Below, piece by piece: positions 19,259 through 28,860 of a stretch of 64,000 nt of DNA. The number at the start of each line of letters is the position of its first letter. The first letter of the stretch is position 1. A model generated the notes under the pieces. That model ran no database searches. It saw nothing but the letters and a program-made list of their open reading frames with translations, and was not told the origin of the DNA. The translations under genes were made by a program, and so were the position numbers. Source of the DNA: Candidatus Multivoradales bacterium (GTDB lineage Bacteria; Acidobacteriota; Thermoanaerobaculia; Multivoradales; JAHEKO01); contig CBDCXM010000009.1 of NCBI GenBank assembly GCA_965223855.1, positions 1,568,001 through 1,632,000 of the forward strand. The letters are read 5' to 3'.

Positions 19259-19630
19259 ATGTCCGAAGAACAGACGATCGATTGCAACGAGACGGAACCC
19301 GTCCCCTGCGAAGACCACCAGACCCGTGGCTGGTACGCATGGAACAACCGGATGCCGGGAGGCCCCGGTGGATTCCACGTGGTCGGCGAAGTTGAGGTGG
19401 GCAATCCCGGAATCATCGCCATCCTCACGCCGAAGGTCCCACAGGGAATCAACCCCCAGATCCTGCTCCTCGACCTGCATCTCCGCCAGCGGCCCGGAGT
19501 CTGGCCGCGGGTCGTGACCTGGGCAGGGGCGCGATTCGACTCGGCCATTCCTCATCCGCCCTACACGCAGGTCGTCGTCTTCTGCGGCGACAAGGAGATC
19601 GCCCACATTCCGGTCGAAGACGTTCACTGA
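19259..19630 (+). CDS. Hypothetical protein (WYAWNNRMPGGP...PQGINPQILLLDL)
   Basis: AAGGAG RBS; high-GC3 codon usage; globular beta-rich sequence. Confidence 0.8.
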   Translation: MSEEQTIDCNETEPVPCEDHQTRGWYAWNNRMPGGPGGFHVVGEVEVGNPGIIAILTPKVPQGINPQILLLDLHLRQRPGVWPRVVTWAGARFDSAIPHPPYTQVVVFCGDKEIAHIPVEDVH

Positions 19631-20012
19631 GCTCGGATCGTGACGAGGCACTGGTGAGCCTGAGTCCCTGGAATGGGGCCCGGGAGCGCGGGCCTCTCTA
19701 GATCTCGGCTCGACTTTCGAGTCCACCGGCGGCTTGCCGCCGGTGAGCCTCGAGGGGCCTCTCGCCATCGGGGCCGGTCCGTTACTCCGGCAGGTCTCGT
19801 CGGACCAGCCTAAGGCTGGCGCCGGCCCTCGCAGGACGAGTTGCACCCCAAGGGAACCCAACCGCCTCAGGGGTTCCCCTGCCCGGAAGTCGCAGGGCGC
19901 CTCCATGCCTGGGAATCGCGCCTGGGAATCGCAGGTCACCTCCACGCGCCATCGGCCCCTGCGAACCCTCTGGTTGGACGGCTCCAGCCCTTGCCGTGTA
20001 GCGTTCAGGTCC

Positions 20013-21107
20013 ATGGAAGCTGAGACGCCCGGGTCGGGCGAACCTGCTGTCGTGGAGGAGGGAGAGTCCAACGGGCGACGCCATGTTGTTCTGCTACTCC
20101 ACGGGATCCGAACGACTGCGGCATGGCAGGAGCGGGTCCGTGCCGGTCTGGAGCACGAGGGCAACCTCGAGGTCCTGACGGTTCGTTACGGAGTGTTCGA
20201 TCTCGTTCGGTTCCTCGCGCCGGAGCTGCTGGGCCTCAGGAGGCAACCTGTCGAGCGGATGGCTCGAGAGCTCAGGGCAGCCAGGACGCAGTATCCGAAC
20301 GCGAGGCTCTCGGTGATCGCCCACAGCTTCGGAACCTGGATCATGGGGGAGGTCCTGGAGGACAACCCGGACATTCGACTGGACCGGCTCGTGCTCTGCG
20401 GCTCGGTCCTCGAGCGAGGGTATCGCTGGGACAAGCTGAGCGCTCAGCTCGCTCACACGGTCAGCAACGATGTGGGAACCCGTGACCCGTGGCCCCTCGT
20501 GGCCGAGAAACTGGGGTGGGGCTACGGCGCGACCGGTCTGACAGGTTTCGGTGCAGTGGGTGTGAGAGACCGCTTCCACCGGTTCGGGCACAGCGAGTTT
20601 CTGACGACGGAGTTTGCCCGGACCTACTGGCGCCCCTGGCTTGTCGACGGCGATTGGACCGCCTCCGCATGGGACGTGGAGCGGCCCGCGGCGCCCTGGT
20701 GGTTCAGCGCGATCGCGGCGGCCCCGATCAAGCTTCTGGCCGTGGCGTTGCTGGCGTTGGCGCTTCTCGTCGGAGTGAGAGAGACGTTCCTCGAGGCCGG
20801 CGCCAGGCCCGACACGAGGCCCGACACCAGGGGCGGTTTCGAACTCCCACCGGAGAAGCCGGCTGCTGAGCGGACCATCACGGGAGTCGTCACGGCACCC
20901 GCCGGCGTGGATCGATCGACTCTCACCGTCGAGATCAACTACGGCCAGCTCGTGGAGCGGGTGGGTGATGACGGTCGATTCGTGATCGAACTCGATGCGG
21001 GAATGGAGTCCTCAGTGACGGTCCGAGTTCTGGATGCGGACGGAAACGCTCTCTACGACAACTTCCACTCGACACGTCACGATGGCTGGGAGCTGGTTCT
21101 TCGGTGA
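20013..21107 (+). CDS. Alpha/beta-hydrolase-fold protein with C-terminal TM and Ig/carboxypeptidase-regulatory-like domain
   Basis: Likely ATG at 20013; LLHGIRT, IAHSFG, LCGS, DPWP, GHSEF; TM LLAVALLALALLVGV. Confidence 0.8.
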   Translation: MEAETPGSGEPAVVEEGESNGRRHVVLLLHGIRTTAAWQERVRAGLEHEGNLEVLTVRYGVFDLVRFLAPELLGLRRQPVERMARELRAARTQYPNARLSVIAHSFGTWIMGEVLEDNPDIRLDRLVLCGSVLERGYRWDKLSAQLAHTVSNDVGTRDPWPLVAEKLGWGYGATGLTGFGAVGVRDRFHRFGHSEFLTTEFARTYWRPWLVDGDWTASAWDVERPAAPWWFSAIAAAPIKLLAVALLALALLVGVRETFLEAGARPDTRPDTRGGFELPPEKPAAERTITGVVTAPAGVDRSTLTVEINYGQLVERVGDDGRFVIELDAGMESSVTVRVLDADGNALYDNFHSTRHDGWELVLR

Positions 21108-22175
21108 CTAGGTGCTGGGCGGCACTGGTGCAACAGCCGGAGCCGCGCCCCGCTCCAGAGCCTCGAGGAACTCGTCTACCTCCGTGCGAAGGCGTTGGCC
21201 CTCTCCAACCAAAGAGGCGTCGAGTTCTTCGGCTGTTCTCTCGATCGCCTCGCGTCTCGCCTTCCGCTCGGAGCGCTTGGGCGGCGAGAGGCACCAGTCT
21301 GCAAGGCTGTTCTTGAGCTCGTTGGCGCTCGCAGCTTCCGATTCCCCCAGCAGGTAGGGGTTGTGGAAGGCACGAACGGACGCTTTGAGTCCGAGGAGCG
21401 CTCCCTCGAGACTTGAGCCGTCGAGCCCCTTGAGCTCAGGAGCGATGGTGTCGGCGCTTGTCTCCCAGGAACCCAGCGCATCGTTGTAGTCGACGATCGG
21501 CTCTTCGAAGTTGGGCAGGTAGGCACAGTTCTCGAGGACCTTGGGTGCGTTGCGGCGAAACGCGACCTCCAGCTCCTTGACCGCAAACAGGTACTCGGAC
21601 AGGAGCGCGCGGAGCTCGCGATGGAACTCGAGCTGGGTCTGCCTCTCCTCGAAGATCTGTCGCAAGAGCTCTGCCTGTACGGCGCTGTCCCGGCCGTTCC
21701 TCAGCTCCTGGAGGAGAGTCGCGAGGAGCTCTCCTTGTTTGGCCGAGTCCTGTTCGAGCACGGCTCGAAGGACTCCGACCTCGTTGACCAGCTCCTCCGC
21801 AGTCAGTGCCTGGCGGGCCTGAGGGTTGCTCGCGGCCAGGACTATGTTCGTCGCGTCGGCCCGGGGGATCACCGCGCGGAGGTTGAGAGGCCAAGCCACG
21901 ACACAGCGGGCTTCGACACCCTGAACCTGCAGTCCGACCACCTCTCCCGGGTCGTATCGCTTCGGATCTTGTCCGGGGAGTGGCTCGAGCCTCAGAACGT
22001 ACTGACCGCCCTGCTTCGTCGAGGTCGTGTCCCCGCCGCCCGAGATGGTGAGTCCCGAGACACCGCAGCCGTCCTTGCTCAGTACCGTGCCGGTCAGGAC
22101 GGTCGCCGGGGCTGGAGCGAGGGCCGCCAAGCCGACCAAGCATGCGACTCCGAAGACTCTTCTGGTCTCCATCAA
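21108..22175 (-). CDS. Secreted protein with N-terminal carboxypeptidase-regulatory-like beta domain and helical C-terminus
   Basis: Signal peptide; LTGTVLSKDG..VSGLTIS...GGQYVL; coiled-coil-rich remainder. Confidence 0.7.
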   Translation of the reverse strand: MMETRRVFGVACLVGLAALAPAPATVLTGTVLSKDGCGVSGLTISGGGDTTSTKQGGQYVLRLEPLPGQDPKRYDPGEVVGLQVQGVEARCVVAWPLNLRAVIPRADATNIVLAASNPQARQALTAEELVNEVGVLRAVLEQDSAKQGELLATLLQELRNGRDSAVQAELLRQIFEERQTQLEFHRELRALLSEYLFAVKELEVAFRRNAPKVLENCAYLPNFEEPIVDYNDALGSWETSADTIAPELKGLDGSSLEGALLGLKASVRAFHNPYLLGESEAASANELKNSLADWCLSPPKRSERKARREAIERTAEELDASLVGEGQRLRTEVDEFLEALERGAAPAVAPVPPST

Positions 22176-22180
22176 CTCAA

Positions 22181-22594
22181 CTACCCGTCGTCGCGGAGCA
22201 GCACCAGGCTCTCGGAAGTCGAAGTCGACTGCAGTTCGATTCGAGCCCGGTCCGGAAAGAAGATGCCCGTGTAGGTCTCGTCGCCGCCGGCCCTTTGGAC
22301 GGTCATCCGGATCTGGAGGTTGTTGACCGTACCGTCGACGGGTGATTCGGTTACGTTGCCGTTGCCGTCGTTGACGAATTCATTGCCGAAGATCGGGTAG
22401 GTCACGGCCGGACAATCGTCGCAAGCCAGGTCGAAGCCTCGCAGCGGATTCCCTTCGACCAACCAGCTGTTGTTGATGTCCGACGGAACCTGAGGTGGAG
22501 TCGTCGGTGTCGGGTTGGTGTCGTCGCAGTTGCCAGCATAGACAACCAGGAGCAGGGGGAGCACTACGAGACATCGTGTGAGCGGTCGAGTCAA
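22181..22594 (-). CDS. Hypothetical lipoprotein
   Basis: GGAGG RBS; LLLVVYAGNC lipobox-like; P/T linker; beta-rich domain. Confidence 0.7.
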   Translation of the reverse strand: MTRPLTRCLVVLPLLLVVYAGNCDDTNPTPTTPPQVPSDINNSWLVEGNPLRGFDLACDDCPAVTYPIFGNEFVNDGNGNVTESPVDGTVNNLQIRMTVQRAGGDETYTGIFFPDRARIELQSTSTSESLVLLRDDG

Positions 22595-22624
22595 GACAGC
22601 ACCTCCGTTGCGGGTAGATATTTG

Positions 22625-23188
22625 AAAACGCTAGCACATGGGTTCGGCGAGGGGGCTGGGGGCTTCCCTCCGGGAGCTCTGGACATCCAAGGGGCGCCTC
22701 CCCTTCACCCTCTCCGGAGCCCGAGAGCGAGTGGCGCTCGCACGTGCGACGGATGGGGGGGTCGTCGACGAGGCTCCGAAGGAGGTCCTCGCAAGGGGAG
22801 CCATCCTCCGGCAGCATTCCGGCGCGCCGGTAGAAGCCGGCTACGCTCCTCGTGATTGCCTACCACAAAGCTAGGGAGGATCTGAGGCGGGGGAGGGTAG
22901 CCGACTTCTCGGCGGGGTGCGTTGGGCCTGGGTTCGGGTTCGTGCTCCCAGAGGAACGGCGACTTCTGGAGTTCGGAGAATAGGTCTCCGGCACGGGCCG
23001 GACGGCGGAGCTCGTCCGGGACCGGGCAAGAGGACTGCCTTGCCTGAGAGGCAAAGTCCAGAGAGCCGCGGCGCCGGCCCCAAGATGGTACGGAGTGGGG
23101 GGCGGCCGCTGTCGAGGGAACTGGCAGGTCGCGAAGTACCGTCCTAGTCGCTGCTGGAGTGCCTTCTCAGGAACCCTGTGGCACTTCA
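22625..23188 (+). mobile_element. Decayed remnant of the RAYT-like element (3' half of the transposase, downstream segment, right end)
   Basis: Fragments LAHG.GEG, RERVAL, DEAPKEVLARGAILRQH and EAGYA; GAGGATCTGAGGCGGGGGAGGG matches ~25254-25275; ends CCTTCTCAGGAACCCTGTGGCACTTCA like 25541-25568. Confidence 0.8.
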
Positions 23189-23261
23189 ATGTGAGGGTCG
23201 TGCGGCAGTTCCAGGTGGGCCGCCGTGCGCCATGTATGGCCCATCCATAGGCTGCGCAAGT

Positions 23262-23549
23262 TCATGGCCCTGACGTCACGCCCTTGTAGCGAAGATAGCG
23301 TGAGCAAACGAGCAGAAGTGTGCCGATGAGATAGCTGAGACCCCTCACGATTGTCGTGAACTCTACTTGCGACTCGAGACTCTCCAAGCCGTCACCAGCC
23401 CACAGGCGTCTGCTGTTCGCGTCTCTGAAGGTCATTGCGGTCCCCGACCGATCGGGAGCTTCTCCTACTTGATCTTGGAGAGCTCCGATCTGAAGCCAAG
23501 CGTCGTCGAGCTTGGACTCTACGCGATAGAAGCCGTCCTTGAGTTGCAT
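23262..23549 (-). pseudogene. Probable 3' fragment of a membrane-protein gene
   Basis: Ends in TM-like IVRGLSYLIGTLLLVCSRY; overlapped by read-through of the upstream ORF. Confidence 0.3.
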
Positions 23550-24300
23550 ATCCCTCAGAGAGCCCTCGACAAAGATCTGCCAACCAGCCGCGCCAAGCAG
23601 AAGACTCGGTCCCGAGAAGCTCGAGCAGCAACCGGGTGCGCTCCTGGCGCTTGTCTTCCTCGAGCGGTGGCTGGGCGTCGCTTGCGATCGGGGGCGCCGC
23701 CTTATCGCGATAAGAGTCGCCTTTCTTCTTGAGGGCCACCCATCTGGAGCGAATGGCCCTTTCAGAGCTGAACCACCCTCGAAAGCCCATACCGCCTACG
23801 AGCACTAGGTAGATCACCCCGAGGGCAAGAACAGCGAGGACGCCGGGTAGCGGTTCTAGAACGAACGGGAAGACGAGCGGAAGCAAAAGGGGGATGGAGG
23901 TGGTGAATACTCCAAGTGCCAGGAACACGATGCTCTGAGGCTTGGTGTAGCCCATGTAGGGGGACGTTCGGTAACGACACCAGTCGCGCTCCCAGTTGGA
24001 CTTCTTGGTTACCTCCAGATAGGTCGTGAGAATCCTTAGCATTTTTGAGAGGTTGTGACCCAGAAGAAAGATGAGAAAGAGGGTCACTTGAAGAAGGGCT
24101 GTGAGTGACAGCCTGTATGCCCCTATTGGCGAACCTGAGGTCTTGACGTCGTTGACACTGGGTTCAGGGAGGGTCCATGCAACCATCACTCCGAAGATGG
24201 TGACTGCCAAAGTGGTGAGCAGGAACCTCTGGTTGACCAGCTGGTTGACTTCGAGGTGCAGCTTTGCCTTGTCGGCTTTGTTGGGTCCCTTGAGCTTCAT
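23392..24300 (-). CDS. 4-TM hypothetical membrane protein (C-terminal ~100 aa possibly read-through)
   Basis: ATG at 24300 after GGAGGTGCCA; EVNQLVNQRFLLTTLAVTIFG; four TM helices; more AT-rich than the core. Confidence 0.7.
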   Translation of the reverse strand: MKLKGPNKADKAKLHLEVNQLVNQRFLLTTLAVTIFGVMVAWTLPEPSVNDVKTSGSPIGAYRLSLTALLQVTLFLIFLLGHNLSKMLRILTTYLEVTKKSNWERDWCRYRTSPYMGYTKPQSIVFLALGVFTTSIPLLLPLVFPFVLEPLPGVLAVLALGVIYLVLVGGMGFRGWFSSERAIRSRWVALKKKGDSYRDKAAPPIASDAQPPLEEDKRQERTRLLLELLGTESSAWRGWLADLCRGLSEGYATQGRLLSRRVQARRRLASDRSSPRSSRRSSRSVGDRNDLQRREQQTPVGW

Positions 24301-24380
24301 TGGCACCTCCATGTCCGGAGTCGTGAGGCCCCTCATTGTGTCGCATCCCCACGATCACTCAAGCTGCTCCGAGGACTTCC

Positions 24381-25655
24381 TGAAGTGCCACACGAATCCG
24401 TGAGAACTCCGTGCGGCTCTCCGTCTAGGAGGGCATGGGACGCAAGCTTCGCTACCTGCCCTCGCAAGCCCTCGTAGAAGTCACCTGCCGCGTGATCCAG
24501 CGGCGCTTTCTGCTCCGGCCGTCTCCGGTACTCAACGAGATCATCGTCGGCACCCTGGCCCGCGGGCAGAGGCGCTACGGGATGAGGCTGTGCGGGTTCG
24601 TCTACCTGTCGAACCATTGTCACCTGCTGCTCTATCCAACGGACGCCAAGCAGCTCTCCGACTTCATGCGCTACATCAACTCCAAGATCGCGCGCGAGGT
24701 CGGGCGGCTCCACGACTGGAGAGAGAAGGTCTGGGGGCGGCGCTACGTGGACATTGAAGTCTCCCAGGAACCCGAGGCCCAGATCCGCCGTCTTCGCTAT
24801 CTCCTTCGACAGGGCGTCAAGGAAGGCCTCGTCGCGTCGCCGAAGCACTGGCCGGGAGCCTCTTCGACCAAGGCGCTGCTCCAGGGTGAAGAGCTAGAAG
24901 GCGTTTGGATCGACCGCACGGAGCAGTTCAAGGCCTATGAGCGAGGAGAAGCGAATCCGGATGCGCTCTTCACTTCTCGAGAACGAGTCAGGCTGTCCCC
25001 GTTGCCTTGCTGGGAGCACGAACCCGAGGGCTACTGGCGTTCGGAAGTCCGACGCATGGTGAAGGAGATCGAGGAAGAGGCTCCCAAGAACGTTCTCGGC
25101 AGGGAGGCCATCCTTGCCCAACACCCGCACGATCGGCCCAGCACGCCCGCGAACCGCAGCCCAGCGCCACGCTTCCACGCGATCGAAGGAAGCGTGCGCC
25201 GGGCGCTAGAGGTGGGCTATGCCCTCATCGTCCTCGCCTACCGGCAGGCGAGCGAGGATCAGAGGCGGGGGAGGGCCGCTGAGTTCCCCGCGGGGTGCTT
25301 CCGGCCCGGACTGGGCTTCGTGCCGCTCAGGGCCTAGGCGCGGCTGAAATCCGGACCCGGGTTGTCGGCGAGAGCCGGATGGCGAAGCTGTGCCCGGCGG
25401 TCTCCAGAATGACTCCGGCCGGCGGAAACTGCGCTCAGAAGGTCCCTGAGGACTGTCTGAACGCGCCCCTGCCGGCGCTTCTCAGGGGGGAACTACCAAA
25501 TCGCTCCCAGCGAGCGCCTCTCTTGGGCTGTCGTTAGAACCCTTCTCAGGAAGCGTGTGGCACCTCCATGCGGGGGGTCTCCATGCGGGCCGGGGGGGGG
25601 CGGCGACCGATTCATCTCATCTGGCGCTTCTCATGAGGATTCGTGTGGCACCTCC
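24381..25655 (+). mobile_element. Intact RAYT-like HUH element bounded by inverted ~27-bp end motifs
   Basis: Left TGAAGTGCCACACGAATCCGTGAGAA (24381); inverted copies at 25541-25570 and 25627-25655 (CTTCTCATGAGGATTCGTGTGGCACCTCC). Confidence 0.85.
24435..25337 (+). CDS. Y1 HUH transposase, REP-associated tyrosine transposase (RAYT/TnpA-REP)-like
   Basis: AGGAGG RBS; VEVTCR, FVYLSNHCHLLL (HUH), VWGRRY, LRYLLRQGVKEGLVASPKHWPG (catalytic Tyr helix). Confidence 0.92.
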   Translation: MGRKLRYLPSQALVEVTCRVIQRRFLLRPSPVLNEIIVGTLARGQRRYGMRLCGFVYLSNHCHLLLYPTDAKQLSDFMRYINSKIAREVGRLHDWREKVWGRRYVDIEVSQEPEAQIRRLRYLLRQGVKEGLVASPKHWPGASSTKALLQGEELEGVWIDRTEQFKAYERGEANPDALFTSRERVRLSPLPCWEHEPEGYWRSEVRRMVKEIEEEAPKNVLGREAILAQHPHDRPSTPANRSPAPRFHAIEGSVRRALEVGYALIVLAYRQASEDQRRGRAAEFPAGCFRPGLGFVPLRA

Positions 25656-25759
25656 TGTCTGGGGGCACCGCAGCCTAACAACGCGACGCCTGTTCCTATC
25701 CCCGACACTGCTAGCATCCGGTCTGGTTCAAACTGGGAAGGCCAGAGGGGATGAGTGAG

Positions 25760-28700
25760 CGGTCAGTGGGTGATCTTGAAGCAGTCTAGGACGCGATGCC
25801 CTGAGGAGGTCCAGATTGACTCGAATCGAGTTTGCGTAGGTGGGCTGTGAACGAGCGTCTGGCGAGGGGGGCGCAACCCTGTATCGACTGGGAAGACCAA
25901 GAAACTCGACTCGCCTTTGAACTCGGGAGGCACGCAGAAGCGATCAACTTGGATCCGGCGTTCATCGACGGCAAGGTTCCTTCGCGGAGTCCTTGGCGAT
26001 TGAGGGCCTGGGCGGCGTGGATGTGGATGAAAGCCAAGAGTGACGAGCTCTTGCCGCAGGCACCAGACTGTCAGGTCGAGGTAGGGGCTGTGAGAGTAAT
26101 CGGGGGCATTCGCCTGCTCACAATGCCTTTGATGCTGGCTTACCGTCCTGGATGGACCTCGTGTTGTATTCGACACGCAAGTCCTTCGAACGATCCGGAA
26201 GAGTTGTGGGCAAGAACTGGCAGAACAGCGTTCAACTACGTGGTGGGCACTGAGGCTGCGACGGCAACAAGAAAGTGTATCCATACGCACTTCCTGATCG
26301 GTTTGTCGTTGCAGATGGTATTCCTGAAGTCCAGCCTGCCAGCTCGGAGGATCAAGCAGTCTCGAGATCTCGTTTGCGCACGTTAGAGAGACTGTGGTCT
26401 TCAGGTCGCAAGGACGTGCTCGAGCCAAGCGCATTTGGCGGAAGCAATCTCACTCGTGGTTTGGGATCCCGACCACGATGCGTTGGTAGCCCGGAGCTTC
26501 GCTGCATCCAATGAGTTCACGGACTGAGAATCGAAGGGTCCACTCCAGACTGAGGCTTTTCTCCACACTAGGTCGAACGATACAAGGGGCTACCACCTCA
26601 CGATTCGAGTAGGCTCCGGCTGCCTGCAGGCGTTAGCTGGCATAGTTCAGCGGTCGGCGAAGTTCGCCGGCCGCGAGCCAGCCGACTGAGATATCGTCCG
26701 GTGCTGAGCGCCGCCAAATCGATCGTGGAGTGCAGCCACCGGACAAGCTCAGGTTGACTTCGCCAGGACCTTCTGACTCGACTAGGTCCAGAGCGCCCTA
26801 AGGTCGCCTTCGTCGATTTCAGCCCGGTCTACGGCATCGACAGGTACCGCTACCATTGAGTCGTCGAAGGCGGATCAGTTTCCGGAAGTGCACGGGAGAG
26901 CGCTTGGCCTTCCTCGAGTAGTCTGGCTCAGAGCTCGAGCATCGCTCAGCCCCGTAGCTGACTTCCTCATGACCTCGGAGAACGCTGGAAGGTCGCGGAG
27001 TTGAGAATTGCCGCGGCTGAGGACTCTTGCCCGACGTCCCGTCACCATACGGGCCCGGTGAATGGTGTCACGTCGAGGTTGCGTTCGTGGAGTTGGCTAT
27101 CAAGCGTGGGTGGTCGTAGATCTCGCCGCGGAGCAAGGAAGCCGTCATGCGGGGGACGAGGTGAACTTCCAAACCGTGACGTAGGCCGACTTCCCACCAC
27201 TTTCTGCGGATAGCTGCCAGAGCACTTGTATCCCTGATGGACGCCTCGTCTTCCCCCAACTTGATGTAGGCTGAGAGGCCAATCGGCGAGAGGCGTCGTG
27301 CTGTCGGAAAACGATCTTGAGACAGGGTGTAGCCGCACACCGTGCGTTGGCGCTAGCTGCAAAGCCGCCAGGTCTTCCTGGCCAAAGTCGATACCAGTCA
27401 GCTGGGCAGACCGTCCTTGACTAGCGGACGGCTTGACGTGTTGGAGCTCGCGACCTTATGCCGCTGGCCACCGAGTCCGTCTTCAGGGGTGAGCCCGAAG
27501 AACTGGTTCACGATTTCCGGGCGACGATGCCGTCATCGATCTCTGCCAGCGTCCTTCAGCTTCGGAGAGTCGGCAGGCGCTCGCGAGAATCTCACGAAGT
27601 GCTTCGATGTCGGACTGTCGTCAAGAAGATACTTGGTCCGACTTCTCGGAATCATGCCTTAGAGCTGGTAAAGCGTGGGGCATACGAGACAATCCGTAGC
27701 CCTCAGGTGCTGGAAGCTCCGCTACATCCTCGACCTCAGCGATGCCATCTGGGCTGGATCATTCTCCAGCAGTCCGCTCGCACTCCCAAGAGTACGATCA
27801 CTTCGCTGGAGCGAACTCACCGTCGAACTCAAGCTTCTTGAGGCAGAGACCGTAGATCTCGCTAAAGTTGTCCACCAAGCGTTCCGAACTCTGACTTCGA
27901 TTGCGGCGTAGGCGACCTGAGGAGTTCAGCGGGATTGCTCAGGATCCTGGGGCACTAGCGGCCGAGTCCTGCCGTTCTCTCGCAGTGCCAAAGTGCTGGC
28001 GACTCCAAGAACTGGTCACCCAAGCGTTGGTGAGCTTGGTTCTGGACGTGCAGGCCGTGGTGTCGCATCAGCTCGAGAGCAAGGTCTCGTAGGCTCGAGA
28101 TTGCTCGTCGCTGCCGAATCGAATGAAGCTTGGTGGATTCCCAGCGACGCCCGACCAATGTCCGATCTGCCCGTCGTCGAACCACTCAATGAAGTCATCC
28201 ACGTCTTCACGATGGCCGACGAGGACCAGGCGCGCTGAGCTTTAGTGGCTTCGGCCGCATCGAACTCGACCCCTAGGACCTTGCTTGACTCTTGGGCGAG
28301 CGGCCGGAGAATCGCTAAGTAGCCATCGTGTCGCAACTTTGGCTCAAGTAAGGTGGCGACCCGCTTCACCAACCCAATTTGCGATGAACTCGGCGAGGCT
28401 CGGGATGGGGTGTAGAAACCGCCTCTGGAGTGGCTTCTGTGAGTTCCGCTAGACCCCAGCTCCGACGAGGCGGTGATCAGCTTGGACCTCGGGGAGCTGC
28501 TGGCTATCCGCTGCTCACGGTTGGAGTACAGCTCCTCCTTCTTCGGTTGCCAAGGCTTGAGGGGCACTATCTCTGATCGCTGCAAGACCTCTCAAGGAGC
28601 TCGTCATTCTGCGATCTCGGTGATGACTAGGCTCGACGTCGAATCAGGTGCCCGACCAGCTCTTGAGCGTTCACGCCCAGCTCTCGCCTTGGTACTCCAA
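25760..28700. pseudogene. Decayed foreign coding DNA, no intact gene
   Basis: About 3 kb with only short ORFs; protein-like stretches switch frame (e.g. SDIEALREILASAC, ALAAIRRKWWEVGL). Confidence 0.45.
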
Positions 28701-28860
28701 GCAGGAATCGAGCTCGCGATTCAGAGTTGAGTTCTGGATCGAAGCTCGACTCGACTCGACCGCTGGCATCCCCTACGCCATGTGCCGATGTTCACATCAC
28801 ATGGAGCGTTGTGGCCTACCGCTACTGGAAGGGCCCGAGGTCGAGGCTCGTGCCCGGTAC

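Noticed and set aside
25295-25537. Small protein conserved between ORFs 25295-25537 and 15613-15900
   Set aside because: Differences fall at all three codon positions, no RBS, and it overlaps the transposase end; treated as non-coding homology
24435-25655. Classical IS200/IS605 element with TnpB/IscB
   Set aside because: No accessory nuclease gene; the 300-aa protein and inverted flanking motifs fit a RAYT-like element better
25673-26641. attC-like half sites (GCCTAAC at ~25673, GCGTTAGCT at ~26630; also ~1627, ~2603, ~25530)
   Set aside because: The halves do not pair within attC length and no integron integrase is in the window; an IntegronFinder run would settle it
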